From: Geotalea uraniireducens Rf4
Lineage (GTDB): Bacteria > Desulfobacterota > Desulfuromonadia > Geobacterales > Geobacteraceae
DNA: 32,000 bases
Reading direction: 5' to 3'
Assembly (NCBI RefSeq): GCF_000016745.1
Contig: NC_009483.1
Coordinates: 270,001-302,000 of the forward strand
Position numbers and translations under genes: made by a program. The notes beneath the pieces are model-generated. The model ran no database searches. It was not told the DNA's origin and saw only the letters and a list, made by a program, of their open reading frames with translations. Positions within the stretch are counted from its first letter, which is position 1, and each line of letters starts with the position of its first letter. Shown here piece after piece: positions 8,693 through 17,687 of this stretch.

Positions 8693-9951
8693 AAATTGCG
8701 ACACTTTCCATCGGCGATGAACTGATCTTCGGTGAAGTGGTGGATACCAACGCCGCTCATATTTCAGAACGCCTTTACAGCGTCGGCTTCAAGGTGCAAC
8801 GGCAGCTGACGGTCGGTGATAACGAGCAGGACATCGTGGAAGCCATCGAGATGCTTGCCGTAAAATGCGATGTGGTGGTTGTCACCGGCGGACTCGGCCC
8901 TACTGTCGACGATATAACCGCCAGGTCTGCGGCGAAAATCACCGGCCACGAGCTTGTCCTGAACGAGGAGGCGCTGGCCCGTCTCCAGCGTTTTTCCGAG
9001 AAGCTGGGGGGCAACCTCCATCCGTCAAACGAGAAACAGGCGCTCATGCCTGCCAATGCAACCCTGATTCCCAACCCTGTCGGCACGGCCTGCGGCTTCT
9101 ACCTTACCCACAACGGCCGGTTCCTTTTCTTCCTGCCCGGGGTTCCCGGTGAGATGGCATGCATGCTCGACGAAACCGTCATACCCTTTATCGTCTCGCG
9201 GGTAAAGCGGCGAACGTTCCTGCAGACAAAGGTATTCAAGGTCTTTGGTCCTTCGGAAGCAGAAGTCGATGCACTCATGGACGGGGTGGCAGACGAAGCT
9301 GCCGGGGTGTCCGTTGCATTCTGCGTAAATTTCCCGGAAATCCAGGTAAAGCTCCGTGTCGAGGGACACGAAGAGGCGGTTGTCGCTGAACTCCTCACCA
9401 GGGCCGGCGATAAGGCGAGGCAGAGGCTTAACGGCTATGTTTTCGCCGAGGATGGAGAAACCATCGATACGGTCGTGGCTTCGCTCTTCAGGGAAACGGG
9501 GTTCACCCTCTCCCTGGCCGAATCATGCACCGGAGGGCTGGTGGCAAAGCGCATCACCGATATTCCCGGCAGTTCCGCCTACTTCCTTGAGGGGATCGTC
9601 ACCTACAGCAATACGGCCAAGACCCAGCTGCTCGATGTTCCCCAACGGCTTCTCGACGAAAAGGGGGCGGTGAGTTCGGAAGTGGCCGTGGCCATGGCAC
9701 TTGGAGCACGCAAGCTGTCCGGCAGCGACATTGCCCTGGCTGTCACCGGGATCGCCGGGCCCGATGGCGGGACGGCGGAAAAGCCGGTCGGCACTGTTTA
9801 CATGGCCCTGGCCGGCTCTAATGGCTGCCAGGCAAAAAGATACACCTTTCATGGCGACAGGGAGGAAATCCGGCTGATTACCTCCTTCATGGCCATGGAT
9901 TGGCTGAGAAAGCGGCTTTTGTCCCTGCGGAGCGCTGAAGTGACGGATTAG
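8689..9951 (+). CDS. cinA: CinA family protein (N-terminal MoCF-like/COG1058 domain + C-terminal PncC NMN amidohydrolase domain)
   Basis: 420 aa. The GTG start overlaps the pgpA stop (GTGA). Motifs VVVTGGLGPTVDDIT (N-terminal domain) and SLAESCTGGLVA...AVTGIAGPDGG (CinA/PncC domain). Confidence 0.9.
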   Translation: MKIATLSIGDELIFGEVVDTNAAHISERLYSVGFKVQRQLTVGDNEQDIVEAIEMLAVKCDVVVVTGGLGPTVDDITARSAAKITGHELVLNEEALARLQRFSEKLGGNLHPSNEKQALMPANATLIPNPVGTACGFYLTHNGRFLFFLPGVPGEMACMLDETVIPFIVSRVKRRTFLQTKVFKVFGPSEAEVDALMDGVADEAAGVSVAFCVNFPEIQVKLRVEGHEEAVVAELLTRAGDKARQRLNGYVFAEDGETIDTVVASLFRETGFTLSLAESCTGGLVAKRITDIPGSSAYFLEGIVTYSNTAKTQLLDVPQRLLDEKGAVSSEVAVAMALGARKLSGSDIALAVTGIAGPDGGTAEKPVGTVYMALAGSNGCQAKRYTFHGDREEIRLITSFMAMDWLRKRLLSLRSAEVTD

Positions 9952-9985
9952 ATTCGGGCTGCTGCATGCACTACGGGTGGATACC

Positions 9986-12073
9986 ATGACGTCTGCCGGA
10001 AAAAATATTGTCGTCAAGATTCTCATCTTCTCCATCGGGCTGATGCTTTTCTGGCTTTTGGCCGAAGCGCTGCTCCCCGTCAACGTGGTTCTCCCCCGCG
10101 CATTCCGTTTTACCCTGGTGTTTATGCTGATGATTGCCCTGATCATTGTCAGGATTGCCGGCGGTACGGCAAGATTACGGAACAAAGCCGCTCATTCACT
10201 TGAAATCAGGGAGATGCAGCGGGCGGTTGACAAGACCATCCGCCGCTATATGGATCTGTTGGAAGGTGCAGGAAATGCCATCTATGTTTTCAATGCCGAT
10301 GACGGTATCCTGGAGGAAGTGAACAGAAGGGGGACCGAGCTTCTGGGGTTCAGCAAGGAAGAGATGGTTGCCATGCGCGGTAAGGACCTCATCCCGGATG
10401 AGGAGCAGGAAAAGTTCACCTCCCTGGTCTTCCGGGTTAAGCGTCGTGGCAGTGGGCATTCGGATGGCGTAACCTTCAGAAGGAAGGATGGTTCCCTTTT
10501 CCTCGGTGAAATAGATGCCCGGCTTATCGACCTGGGGGATGAAACGGTGGTCCACGCCACTGTCCGGGACATAACCTTCAAAAGCCGTTCCCAGCGGGAG
10601 ATCCGCCAGCGCAACCATGAGCTCTCGATCCTCAACAACATTCTTGCCAGCACGAATAAAAGTCCGCAGTTGCAGACCGTTCTTGAAGTTACCCTCAAGG
10701 AAACCCTCGAAGTCTTTTCTGCCGATGGCGGAACCATCCATCTCCTGGATGACGACGGGAAAACCCTGCTCCTGACAACGGCACAGAACGTTTCCGCCCA
10801 ACTCAAGGCGGAACTTGAGCAGCGGAAACTGGAGTGCGAGTCGCAGTGTCAGATATCCTCCGTACAGCGCTGCCTTGTGATCAGTAATCTTGAGCAGGCT
10901 CCCTGTCATGTTGCCCGGGCCTCGGCCAGAGAAGGTTGGCAGTGCATAACCGCCGTGCCGCTCATCGCTAAAAACCGGTTAATCGGCATCATGCATATCC
11001 TGACACGGCAGGAGCACCGTTATACTGTTGAAGAGATGCGGTTCCTCAACACCATGGGGAATCAGATCGGGATTGTCATCGATCAGGCGCGGCTCTTTGC
11101 CGAGCTTAGCTGGAAAAACGAGGAGCTGTTGCGCTCCCACCGGCTTCTGGAGAAAAGCAGCAACAGCCTTGCCGTTTCCCAGAGCAGGCTGAAGAAGAAC
11201 CTGGCGCTTGTGGAACGGGCAAACCTTGAACTGGAGCGGCTTGACAGGATGAAGAGTCACTTTATCGGTATGATTTCCCATGAGTTCAAGACCCCTCTGA
11301 CCAGCATTCTAGGCGGTACGGAATTTCTCCTCAATAATTACGACAACATTGTCGACCCCGAACAGCGCCGCATGCTGGAAATGATCCATAACGGCGGCGC
11401 TCGTCTCAATGAAATAGTCAGTGATCTCTTAAAGGTCATAAAGCTGGAGGCCGGTTCATCTCCTGTCAAGAAGGTGACCTTGCAGCTGTGCGAGATCATC
11501 GAGTCTTTGCAGGAGCACTTCAAACCGCTCCTCATTGAACGGAAACAGACCATAGTTTTCGAAACCCCGAGCGAATTACCCTACTTTAACGGCGACAGGG
11601 AATACCTCGAGGAGGTCTTTACCGAACTCCTGATAAACGCCATGAAATTCACGCCGGATGGCGGGGAAATAGTCGTGGTGGGGCGGGTTGCAGACCGCCA
11701 GTCGCTGGAACTCAAGACAGAGGCGCTTTGCCGTTTCAACCCAAAATTCTATGAGCAGATCATGGACATCTGCTACCTTGAAGTGGAGGTACGGGACAGC
11801 GGTATAGGCATTGATGCCGGCGAGCAGTTGAAGATATTCGACAAATTCTACGAAATCGGCGATATCTGTCATCATTCCAGCGGCAAGCATAAGTTCCAGG
11901 GGAAAGGGACAGGGTTGGGGCTGGCTATCGTCAAGGGGATGGTCGAGGCCCACGGAGGCATGGTGTGGGTGGAATCGACGGGCGCTTCCGGGAGTTCATT
12001 TTTACTCCTGTTGCCACTCGAAGAGTATGCGGGGCAGCCGACGCTTCCGTTCATGCAGCAGGAACCGATATAG
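9986..12073 (+). CDS. membrane sensor histidine kinase (2 TM - PAS - GAF - HisKA - HATPase_c)
   Basis: Two hydrophobic helices at the N-terminus. PAS-like segment (AIYVFNADDGILEEVNRRGTELLGFSKEEM), GAF-like segment (GGTIHLLDDDGKTLLL...IGIMHI), H-box MISHEFKTPLTSI and G-boxes (DSGIGI, GTGLGLAIV). Start is ATG 9986 or GTG 9977. Confidence 0.88.
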   Translation: MTSAGKNIVVKILIFSIGLMLFWLLAEALLPVNVVLPRAFRFTLVFMLMIALIIVRIAGGTARLRNKAAHSLEIREMQRAVDKTIRRYMDLLEGAGNAIYVFNADDGILEEVNRRGTELLGFSKEEMVAMRGKDLIPDEEQEKFTSLVFRVKRRGSGHSDGVTFRRKDGSLFLGEIDARLIDLGDETVVHATVRDITFKSRSQREIRQRNHELSILNNILASTNKSPQLQTVLEVTLKETLEVFSADGGTIHLLDDDGKTLLLTTAQNVSAQLKAELEQRKLECESQCQISSVQRCLVISNLEQAPCHVARASAREGWQCITAVPLIAKNRLIGIMHILTRQEHRYTVEEMRFLNTMGNQIGIVIDQARLFAELSWKNEELLRSHRLLEKSSNSLAVSQSRLKKNLALVERANLELERLDRMKSHFIGMISHEFKTPLTSILGGTEFLLNNYDNIVDPEQRRMLEMIHNGGARLNEIVSDLLKVIKLEAGSSPVKKVTLQLCEIIESLQEHFKPLLIERKQTIVFETPSELPYFNGDREYLEEVFTELLINAMKFTPDGGEIVVVGRVADRQSLELKTEALCRFNPKFYEQIMDICYLEVEVRDSGIGIDAGEQLKIFDKFYEIGDICHHSSGKHKFQGKGTGLGLAIVKGMVEAHGGMVWVESTGASGSSFLLLLPLEEYAGQPTLPFMQQEPI

Positions 12074-12166
12074 TCGACATTTCATTGAAATAGCGGGATT
12101 GGGTGGTGCGAACGGTGCAAATTACGGATGGTTTCACAGGGGTATCGCCCGCCAAAGATAAACTTG

Positions 12167-12192
12167 AAATAGCACTCATAAATGTGCTATTT
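12167..12192. promoter_or_regulatory. perfect 9-bp inverted repeat AAATAGCAC-N8-GTGCTATTT overlapping a TTGAAA-N18-TATTTG promoter-like motif upstream of recA
   Basis: AAATAGCAC 12167-12175 and GTGCTATTT 12184-12192. TTGAAA 12164-12169 and TATTTG 12188-12193. Confidence 0.45.
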
Positions 12193-12253
12193 GTGGGTAC
12201 GCTCCCCCTGGTCACATCCTGGGGTGGAGCGAACATTTACTGGAGGCTCATGA

Positions 12254-13255
12254 ATGCAGGAAAGAGAAAAGGCGATTGACCTGGCTTTGAGCCAGATTGA
12301 AAAGCAGTTTGGAAAAGGCTCAATAATGCGGCTCGGCAATGACGAACCGTTGCCGGATGTCGCAGCCATCCCTACCGGTTCACTTTCTCTCGACATGGCT
12401 CTCGGCGTCGGCGGTGTTCCCAGGGGCAGGATTATCGAGATTTACGGCCCGGAATCATCGGGAAAAACGACCCTGGCGCTCCATATTGTTGCCGAAGCGC
12501 AGAAATTGGACGGCATTGCCGCATTCATTGACGCTGAGCATGCCCTGGATATCGGCTACGCCCGCAAGCTCGGCGTAAGGACCGACGACCTGCTGGTTTC
12601 CCAGCCGGATACGGGCGAACAGGCCCTGGAAATAGCGGAAACGCTGGTGCGAAGCGGCGCCATCGACGTGCTGGTCATAGATTCAGTGGCTGCGCTCGTT
12701 CCCAAGGCCGAAATCGAAGGCGACATGGGAGATTCGCACATGGGGCTCCAGGCGCGGCTCATGTCACAGGCCCTGCGCAAGCTTACCGGCATTATCAGCA
12801 AGTCCAACTGCTGCGTCATTTTCATCAACCAGATCAGGATGAAGATCGGCGTCATGTTCGGCAACCCGGAAACCACCACCGGCGGCAACGCCTTGAAGTT
12901 CTATGCTTCGGTGCGCATGGACATCCGGAAGATCGCGAGCCTCAAACAGGGAAATGACGTGATCGGTTCCCGCACCAAGGTGAAGGTGGTGAAAAACAAG
13001 GTGGCGCCTCCCTTCAAGGAAGTGGAATTCGATATCCTTTACGGTGAGGGAATTTCCCGCGAAGGGGATATTCTCGATCTGGCCGTTGAAAAAGGGGTGG
13101 TCGACAAGAGCGGCGCCTGGTTCTCTTACGGCAAGGAACGGATCGGCCAGGGGCGTGAAAATTCGCGCATCTATCTGAAACAGAACCCGGAAATCTGCGC
13201 GGAGATAAGGGAGAAGCTGACCCAGGCGCCGGTCCCGGCTGGAGGCGTTGCTTAA
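12254..13255 (+). CDS. recA: recombinase RecA
   Basis: 333 aa. N-terminus [24 protein letters not shown], Walker [10 protein letters not shown], and [16 protein letters not shown]. Confidence 0.98.
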   Translation: MQEREKAIDLALSQIEKQFGKGSIMRLGNDEPLPDVAAIPTGSLSLDMALGVGGVPRGRIIEIYGPESSGKTTLALHIVAEAQKLDGIAAFIDAEHALDIGYARKLGVRTDDLLVSQPDTGEQALEIAETLVRSGAIDVLVIDSVAALVPKAEIEGDMGDSHMGLQARLMSQALRKLTGIISKSNCCVIFINQIRMKIGVMFGNPETTTGGNALKFYASVRMDIRKIASLKQGNDVIGSRTKVKVVKNKVAPPFKEVEFDILYGEGISREGDILDLAVEKGVVDKSGAWFSYGKERIGQGRENSRIYLKQNPEICAEIREKLTQAPVPAGGVA

Positions 13256-13259
13256 ACCG

Positions 13260-14411
13260 ATGGAATTGAACGAGATGCTTACCATAGCGGTAAAGGCGCG
13301 CGGGTCGGATATTCATATCAAGACCGGCATGCCGCCCGTTGTCCGCATTGACGGCAAGCTGCGAGCAATTCCCAATGCCGAACGGCTCTCTGCCGACAAT
13401 GTCATGGCCATGGCTCTCGGCATCATGAACGAGCGGCAACAGAAGCAGTTCGACGAGAATTATGAAGTCGATCTGGCTTACGGCGTGCCGGGGTTGGGGC
13501 GTTTCCGCGTCAGTATCTTTGCCCAGAGGGGCACCATTGCCATGGTGTTCCGTGCCATTCCGTTCGGCATTCCGTCCCTGGAATCGCTCAACCTGCCGCC
13601 GATTCTGAAGAAACTGAGCCTGGAAGAGCGCGGCCTGATCCTCGTGACCGGCACCACCGGCAGCGGCAAGTCCACCACCCTGGCTGCGATGGTCGACTAT
13701 ATCAACGACCACCGCACCTGCAACATCATCACCATCGAAGATCCGGTGGAGTACCTGCACAGGGACAGGAAGAGCATCATCAGCCAGCGTGAGGTGGGAT
13801 TCGACACCGCATCTTTCGGCAGGGCACTGACCAGTTCCTTGCGCCAGGACCCGGACGTCATCCTGGTGGGGGAAATGCGGGATTTCGAGACCATCGAAAC
13901 AGCGCTGACCGCTGCAGAAACGGGCCATCTGGTCATGTCGACCCTGCACACCATCGATGCCGCCGAGACAATAAACCGCATCATCTCCGTGTTTCCCCCC
14001 TATCACCAGCGTCAGGTCAGGATGCAGCTTTCCGGCATCCTGAAAGGGGTCATTTCCCAGCGGCTCGTTCCCAGGGCGGACGGCAAGGGGAGGGTGCCTG
14101 CCGTCGAAATCATGATAAACACGGCGCGCATCCGCGACTGCATCGATGACAAGGAAAAGACCAAGCAGATTCCAGAGGCCATTGCCCAGGGTTTCACCAC
14201 TTACGGGATGCAGAGCTTCGACCAGTCGCTCATGCAGCTCTACACGAACAAGCTCATCACCTACGAAGAGGCGTTACGCCAGTCATCCAACCCTGACGAT
14301 TTCGCACTCAAGGTTTCCGGCATTTCTTCAACCTCCGATGCCAGCTGGGATCAGTTTGCCCTGGACGAGGGTGGCGAAGAAGGGGAGAAGCTGGAAACAG
14401 AAAAATACTGA
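13260..14411 (+). CDS. pilT: PilT-family type IV pilus retraction ATPase paralogue
   Basis: Walker A GTTGSGKSTT, Asp box IITIEDPVEY, Walker B DPDVILVGEMRD and His box GHLVMSTLHT. ATG 13260 (MELNEML...) aligns with PilT N-termini as I remember them. It lies 4 nt after the recA stop. Confidence 0.88.
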   Translation: MELNEMLTIAVKARGSDIHIKTGMPPVVRIDGKLRAIPNAERLSADNVMAMALGIMNERQQKQFDENYEVDLAYGVPGLGRFRVSIFAQRGTIAMVFRAIPFGIPSLESLNLPPILKKLSLEERGLILVTGTTGSGKSTTLAAMVDYINDHRTCNIITIEDPVEYLHRDRKSIISQREVGFDTASFGRALTSSLRQDPDVILVGEMRDFETIETALTAAETGHLVMSTLHTIDAAETINRIISVFPPYHQRQVRMQLSGILKGVISQRLVPRADGKGRVPAVEIMINTARIRDCIDDKEKTKQIPEAIAQGFTTYGMQSFDQSLMQLYTNKLITYEEALRQSSNPDDFALKVSGISSTSDASWDQFALDEGGEEGEKLETEKY

Positions 14412-14412
14412 C

Positions 14413-14871
14413 GTGGAAGAAAGTGGCAAAGCCTTGGCCAGTGCCCTCCGAACGCTCACCCGCCGGGACCACAGCGAGGTGGAACTCCGGCGCAAATTGC
14501 AGGACAAAGGTTTCGCCGGGGGAGAGGTTGACGCGGCAATCGGCAAGCTGAAGGCGTTGGGTTATCTGGACGACAGGCGCTTTGCCGGGCAGTGGGCGGA
14601 ATCCGCCATCCGCAATGGACGTGGTTTTGGCCCGCGCATCCGCCTGGAACTTCGTCGGCGGGGGGTTTCGGACAGCGTTATCGCAGATGTGTTTGCCCGG
14701 CTGGCGGAGGACTACGGGGAGGAGGAAACCCTGGCGGCACTCCTGGCGAGGAAATTCGCCGGCTTCAAACCGAACAGCGCCGATGATCGGGAAAAGCGAC
14801 GCGTCATCGGCTATCTGCAGCGGCGGGGATTTTCCATCGCTGCTATACTGAATGTTTTTAGAGAGCAGTAA
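14413..14871 (+). CDS. recX: RecA regulator RecX
   Basis: 152 aa from GTG 14413, 1 nt after the pilT stop. Motif ALRTLTRRDHSEVELRRKL and repeated helical modules (YLDDRRFA, GYLQRRGF) are typical of RecX. The exact start is uncertain. Confidence 0.8.
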   Translation: MEESGKALASALRTLTRRDHSEVELRRKLQDKGFAGGEVDAAIGKLKALGYLDDRRFAGQWAESAIRNGRGFGPRIRLELRRRGVSDSVIADVFARLAEDYGEEETLAALLARKFAGFKPNSADDREKRRVIGYLQRRGFSIAAILNVFREQ

Positions 14872-14893
14872 GGTTGCCGAGGCAACCTTTTTT
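14871..14893 (+). terminator. intrinsic terminator after recX
   Basis: GGTTGCC 14872-14878 and GGCAACC 14881-14887 form the stem, followed by TTTTTT 14888-14893. It starts immediately after the recX TAA. Confidence 0.85.
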
Positions 14894-14905
14894 GACATAA
14901 TTATA

Positions 14906-15025
14906 CCAATTCCAAATCAAGGCGCTATCTTCGTTGGCTCGTCTTCGGCTCCTCAACGTACGCAGTTGTACGCCTTCGTCGCCTCAATCCTCGCCGCCTT
15001 GATTTCATCCTTGATTTGAAATTGG
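14906..15025. repeat. 120-bp inverted-repeat element upstream of alaS (sibling of 22608-22727)
   Basis: Left arm 14906-14924. Two alternative right partners: 14995-15005 (11/11) and 15009-15025 (16/17). Core is direct repeat 14943-14956, hairpin CGTAC-N6-GTACG 14957-14972, then direct repeat 14974-14987. Confidence 0.85.
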
Positions 15026-15045
15026 AATTACTTCCAGAGGTTTAC

Positions 15046-17676
15046 ATGACAGGCAAAGAAATCAGGGCGCAATTTTTCAAATTTTTCGAGGAAAGAGGGC
15101 ATACGGTTGTTGAAAGTTCCAATCTCATCCCCAGGAATGACCCCACCCTCCTCTTTACCAATGCGGGGATGAACCAGTTCAAGGATGTCTTCCTCGGCCT
15201 GGAAAAACGCGATTACGTGCGTGCCTGCAGTTCGCAGAAATGCGTGCGGGCCGGCGGCAAGCACAACGACTTGGAGAATGTGGGGCGCACAGCCCGCCAC
15301 CATACATTTTTCGAAATGCTCGGCAACTTTTCCTTCGGCGATTACTTCAAGAAGGAAGCGATTGCCTTTGCCTGGGAGTTTCTGACCAAGGAGCTGAAGC
15401 TGGACAAGGACCGCCTCTACGTGACTGTCTATACGGACGATGATGAGGCGGCCGATATCTGGAACAGGCAGGAAGGGGTGCCGCTGGAGCGGATCTACCG
15501 TTTCGGCGAGAAAGACAATTTCTGGTCCATGGGGGATACCGGCCCCTGCGGCCCCTGCACGGAAATTTTCTGGGACAACGGCCCGGGCACCGGCTGCGGC
15601 AGTCCGACCTGCGAGGTGGGGTGCGACTGCGACCGCTACATGGAGATCTGGAACAACGTCTTCATGCAGTTCAATCGGGATGCGCAGGGCAATCTGACGC
15701 CGCTCCCCAAGCCCTCGGTCGATACCGGCATGGGGCTGGAGCGGATCTCGACGGTCATGCAGGGGGTGACCTCCAATTACGATACCGACCTTTTGCAGGG
15801 GATCATCAAGCACGTGGAAAAGCTTTCCGGCAAGCGTTACCGTCAGGACGAACGGGACGATGTCTCCATGAGGGTAATCGCCGATCACTCCAGGGCTATC
15901 ACCTTCCTCATCTGCGACGGCATCCTTCCCAGTAACGAGGGGCGGGGCTACGTGCTGCGCCGGATCATGCGCCGGGCTGCACGCCATGCCAAGATGCTCG
16001 GCTTTGCCGAGCCGGCCCTCTACCGGATCGTCGATGCCGTCAATACCATGATGGGGGATGCCTATCCTGAACTCCTTGAGCGGGAGGAGTACATAAAGAA
16101 GGTCATCCATGCGGAGGAAGAACGGTTCATCGAGACGCTGGACAGGGGGCTTGCCATCCTTAACGAAGAGGTGGCTGCGCTGAAGAAAGAGGGCAAGAGC
16201 GTCGTTCCGGGCGAGGTGATTTTCAAGCTTTACGACACCTACGGTTTTCCGGTGGACCTCACCGCCGACATCGTCGAAAACGAGGGATTCACCATTGACG
16301 AGGACGGCTTCGCCCTCTGCATGGAAAGGCAGCGCCTCCAGGCGCGGGAGAACTGGAAGGGCTCCGGTGAGGAGGGGCTGGCAGAGATTTACAAAACCCT
16401 CCATGGCAGGGGGATCAGAAGCGCGTTCGTCGGCTACAGTGAACAGACCGCTTATTCCGCCATTACCGCCATTCTCCGCGAAGGCGCAGAGGTAGCGGAG
16501 GCAGTTGCGGGCGAAATGGTGGAGGTCGTCGTCGATACCACCCCCTTTTACGGCGCGTCGGGCGGCCAGGCGGGCGACACGGGGGTCATCTCCACCGGCA
16601 GTGCCCATCTCCGGGTGGTAGCCACCAGCAAGCCGTTCCCCGATCTGACCGTCCACCGGGCGCTCGTCACCGAAGGGACGGTCAAGGCTGGCGATGCGGC
16701 CGATCTCCGGGTGGCCACGGAGGTCCGGGGGGCCACGGCCCGCAACCACACCGCCACCCATCTGTTGCAGTCCGCACTCCGTCAGGTGCTGGGTGAGCAT
16801 GTGAAGCAGGCGGGGTCGCTGGTGACGGCCGAGCGGCTCCGTTTCGACTTCACCCATTTCTCCGCCATGACGGTCGAGGAGCTGCGCCGGGTGGAAAACA
16901 TCGTCAACACCTATGTCATGGACAATGCCGATGTGAAATCGCTGGAGATGGCCGCGACAGAAGCCATGCAGAGCGGCGCGACGGCGCTGTTCGGCGAGAA
17001 GTACGGCGACCGGGTAAGGGTGGTCAAGGTCGGCGAGGTGAGCAGCGAGCTGTGCGGCGGGACCCATGTGCGGGCCGCCGGGGACATCGGTTTCTTCAAG
17101 ATCGTCGGCGAGGCGGGGATCGCCGCCGGGGTGCGGCGCATAGAGGCGCTGACCGGCAGCGGGGCCTTGGAATACGTGCAGCAGCTGGAGGATGAGCAGC
17201 GGAGCATCGCCGTCCTGGTAAAGGCCGAAGGCGGGACCGCCCTTGACAAGGTCGACCGGTTGTTGGCGCGGCAGAAAGAGTTGCAGCGTGAAGTGGAGGC
17301 GCTCCAGGCACGATTGAACGCCTCGCGCTCCGCAGACCTCCTGGCGGGGGCCAGGGAGACGAACGGAATAAAGGTCCTTGCCGCCAAGGTCGAGATGGAT
17401 GATCCGAAGGGTTTGCGTGAGCTGGCCGACAGCCTGAAGGACCGCCTGCAATCCGGGGTGATCGTCATAGGTTGCGTCTCTGCCGGCAAGGCCAACCTGC
17501 TGGTGGCGGTGACGAAAGACCTCAGCGACCGCTTAAGAGCGGGGGATATCATCAAGTCGCTGGCGCCCATAATCGGCGGCAGCGGCGGCGGCAAGCCGGA
17601 ACTGGCCCAGGCCGGCGGAACCAAGCCGGAAAATCTGGACGAAGCGCTGGAAGCGGCGTATAAAATCATCGGCTGA
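15046..17676 (+). CDS. alaS: alanine--tRNA ligase
   Basis: 876 aa from ATG 15046 ([19 protein letters not shown]) with AGAGG Shine-Dalgarno. Motifs [10 protein letters not shown] and [18 protein letters not shown], plus editing-domain motifs HTATHLL and CGGTHV. Confidence 0.98.
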   Translation: MTGKEIRAQFFKFFEERGHTVVESSNLIPRNDPTLLFTNAGMNQFKDVFLGLEKRDYVRACSSQKCVRAGGKHNDLENVGRTARHHTFFEMLGNFSFGDYFKKEAIAFAWEFLTKELKLDKDRLYVTVYTDDDEAADIWNRQEGVPLERIYRFGEKDNFWSMGDTGPCGPCTEIFWDNGPGTGCGSPTCEVGCDCDRYMEIWNNVFMQFNRDAQGNLTPLPKPSVDTGMGLERISTVMQGVTSNYDTDLLQGIIKHVEKLSGKRYRQDERDDVSMRVIADHSRAITFLICDGILPSNEGRGYVLRRIMRRAARHAKMLGFAEPALYRIVDAVNTMMGDAYPELLEREEYIKKVIHAEEERFIETLDRGLAILNEEVAALKKEGKSVVPGEVIFKLYDTYGFPVDLTADIVENEGFTIDEDGFALCMERQRLQARENWKGSGEEGLAEIYKTLHGRGIRSAFVGYSEQTAYSAITAILREGAEVAEAVAGEMVEVVVDTTPFYGASGGQAGDTGVISTGSAHLRVVATSKPFPDLTVHRALVTEGTVKAGDAADLRVATEVRGATARNHTATHLLQSALRQVLGEHVKQAGSLVTAERLRFDFTHFSAMTVEELRRVENIVNTYVMDNADVKSLEMAATEAMQSGATALFGEKYGDRVRVVKVGEVSSELCGGTHVRAAGDIGFFKIVGEAGIAAGVRRIEALTGSGALEYVQQLEDEQRSIAVLVKAEGGTALDKVDRLLARQKELQREVEALQARLNASRSADLLAGARETNGIKVLAAKVEMDDPKGLRELADSLKDRLQSGVIVIGCVSAGKANLLVAVTKDLSDRLRAGDIIKSLAPIIGGSGGGKPELAQAGGTKPENLDEALEAAYKIIG

Positions 17677-17687
17677 CAGGAGAGAAT

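Noticed and set aside
14894-15045. T-box leader upstream of alaS
   Set aside because: No T-box sequence (AAnnnGGTGGTACCGCG-like), no specifier-loop/AGAGA features and no terminator/antiterminator pair with a U-tract.
15028-17451. 807-aa ORF on the minus strand, antisense to alaS. Similar long antisense ORFs occur at 2773-3879, 13014-14006, 18013-19371, 19499-20332, 20438-21376, 21680-22705, 24401-25675, 25833-26606 and 28401-29981.
   Set aside because: Each lies fully within, and opposite to, a + strand gene with unmistakable family motifs. Their translations are low-complexity and Arg/Gly/Pro/Leu/His-rich, as expected from stop-codon-poor antisense frames of GC-rich genes. They have no Shine-Dalgarno sequences or recognisable motifs.
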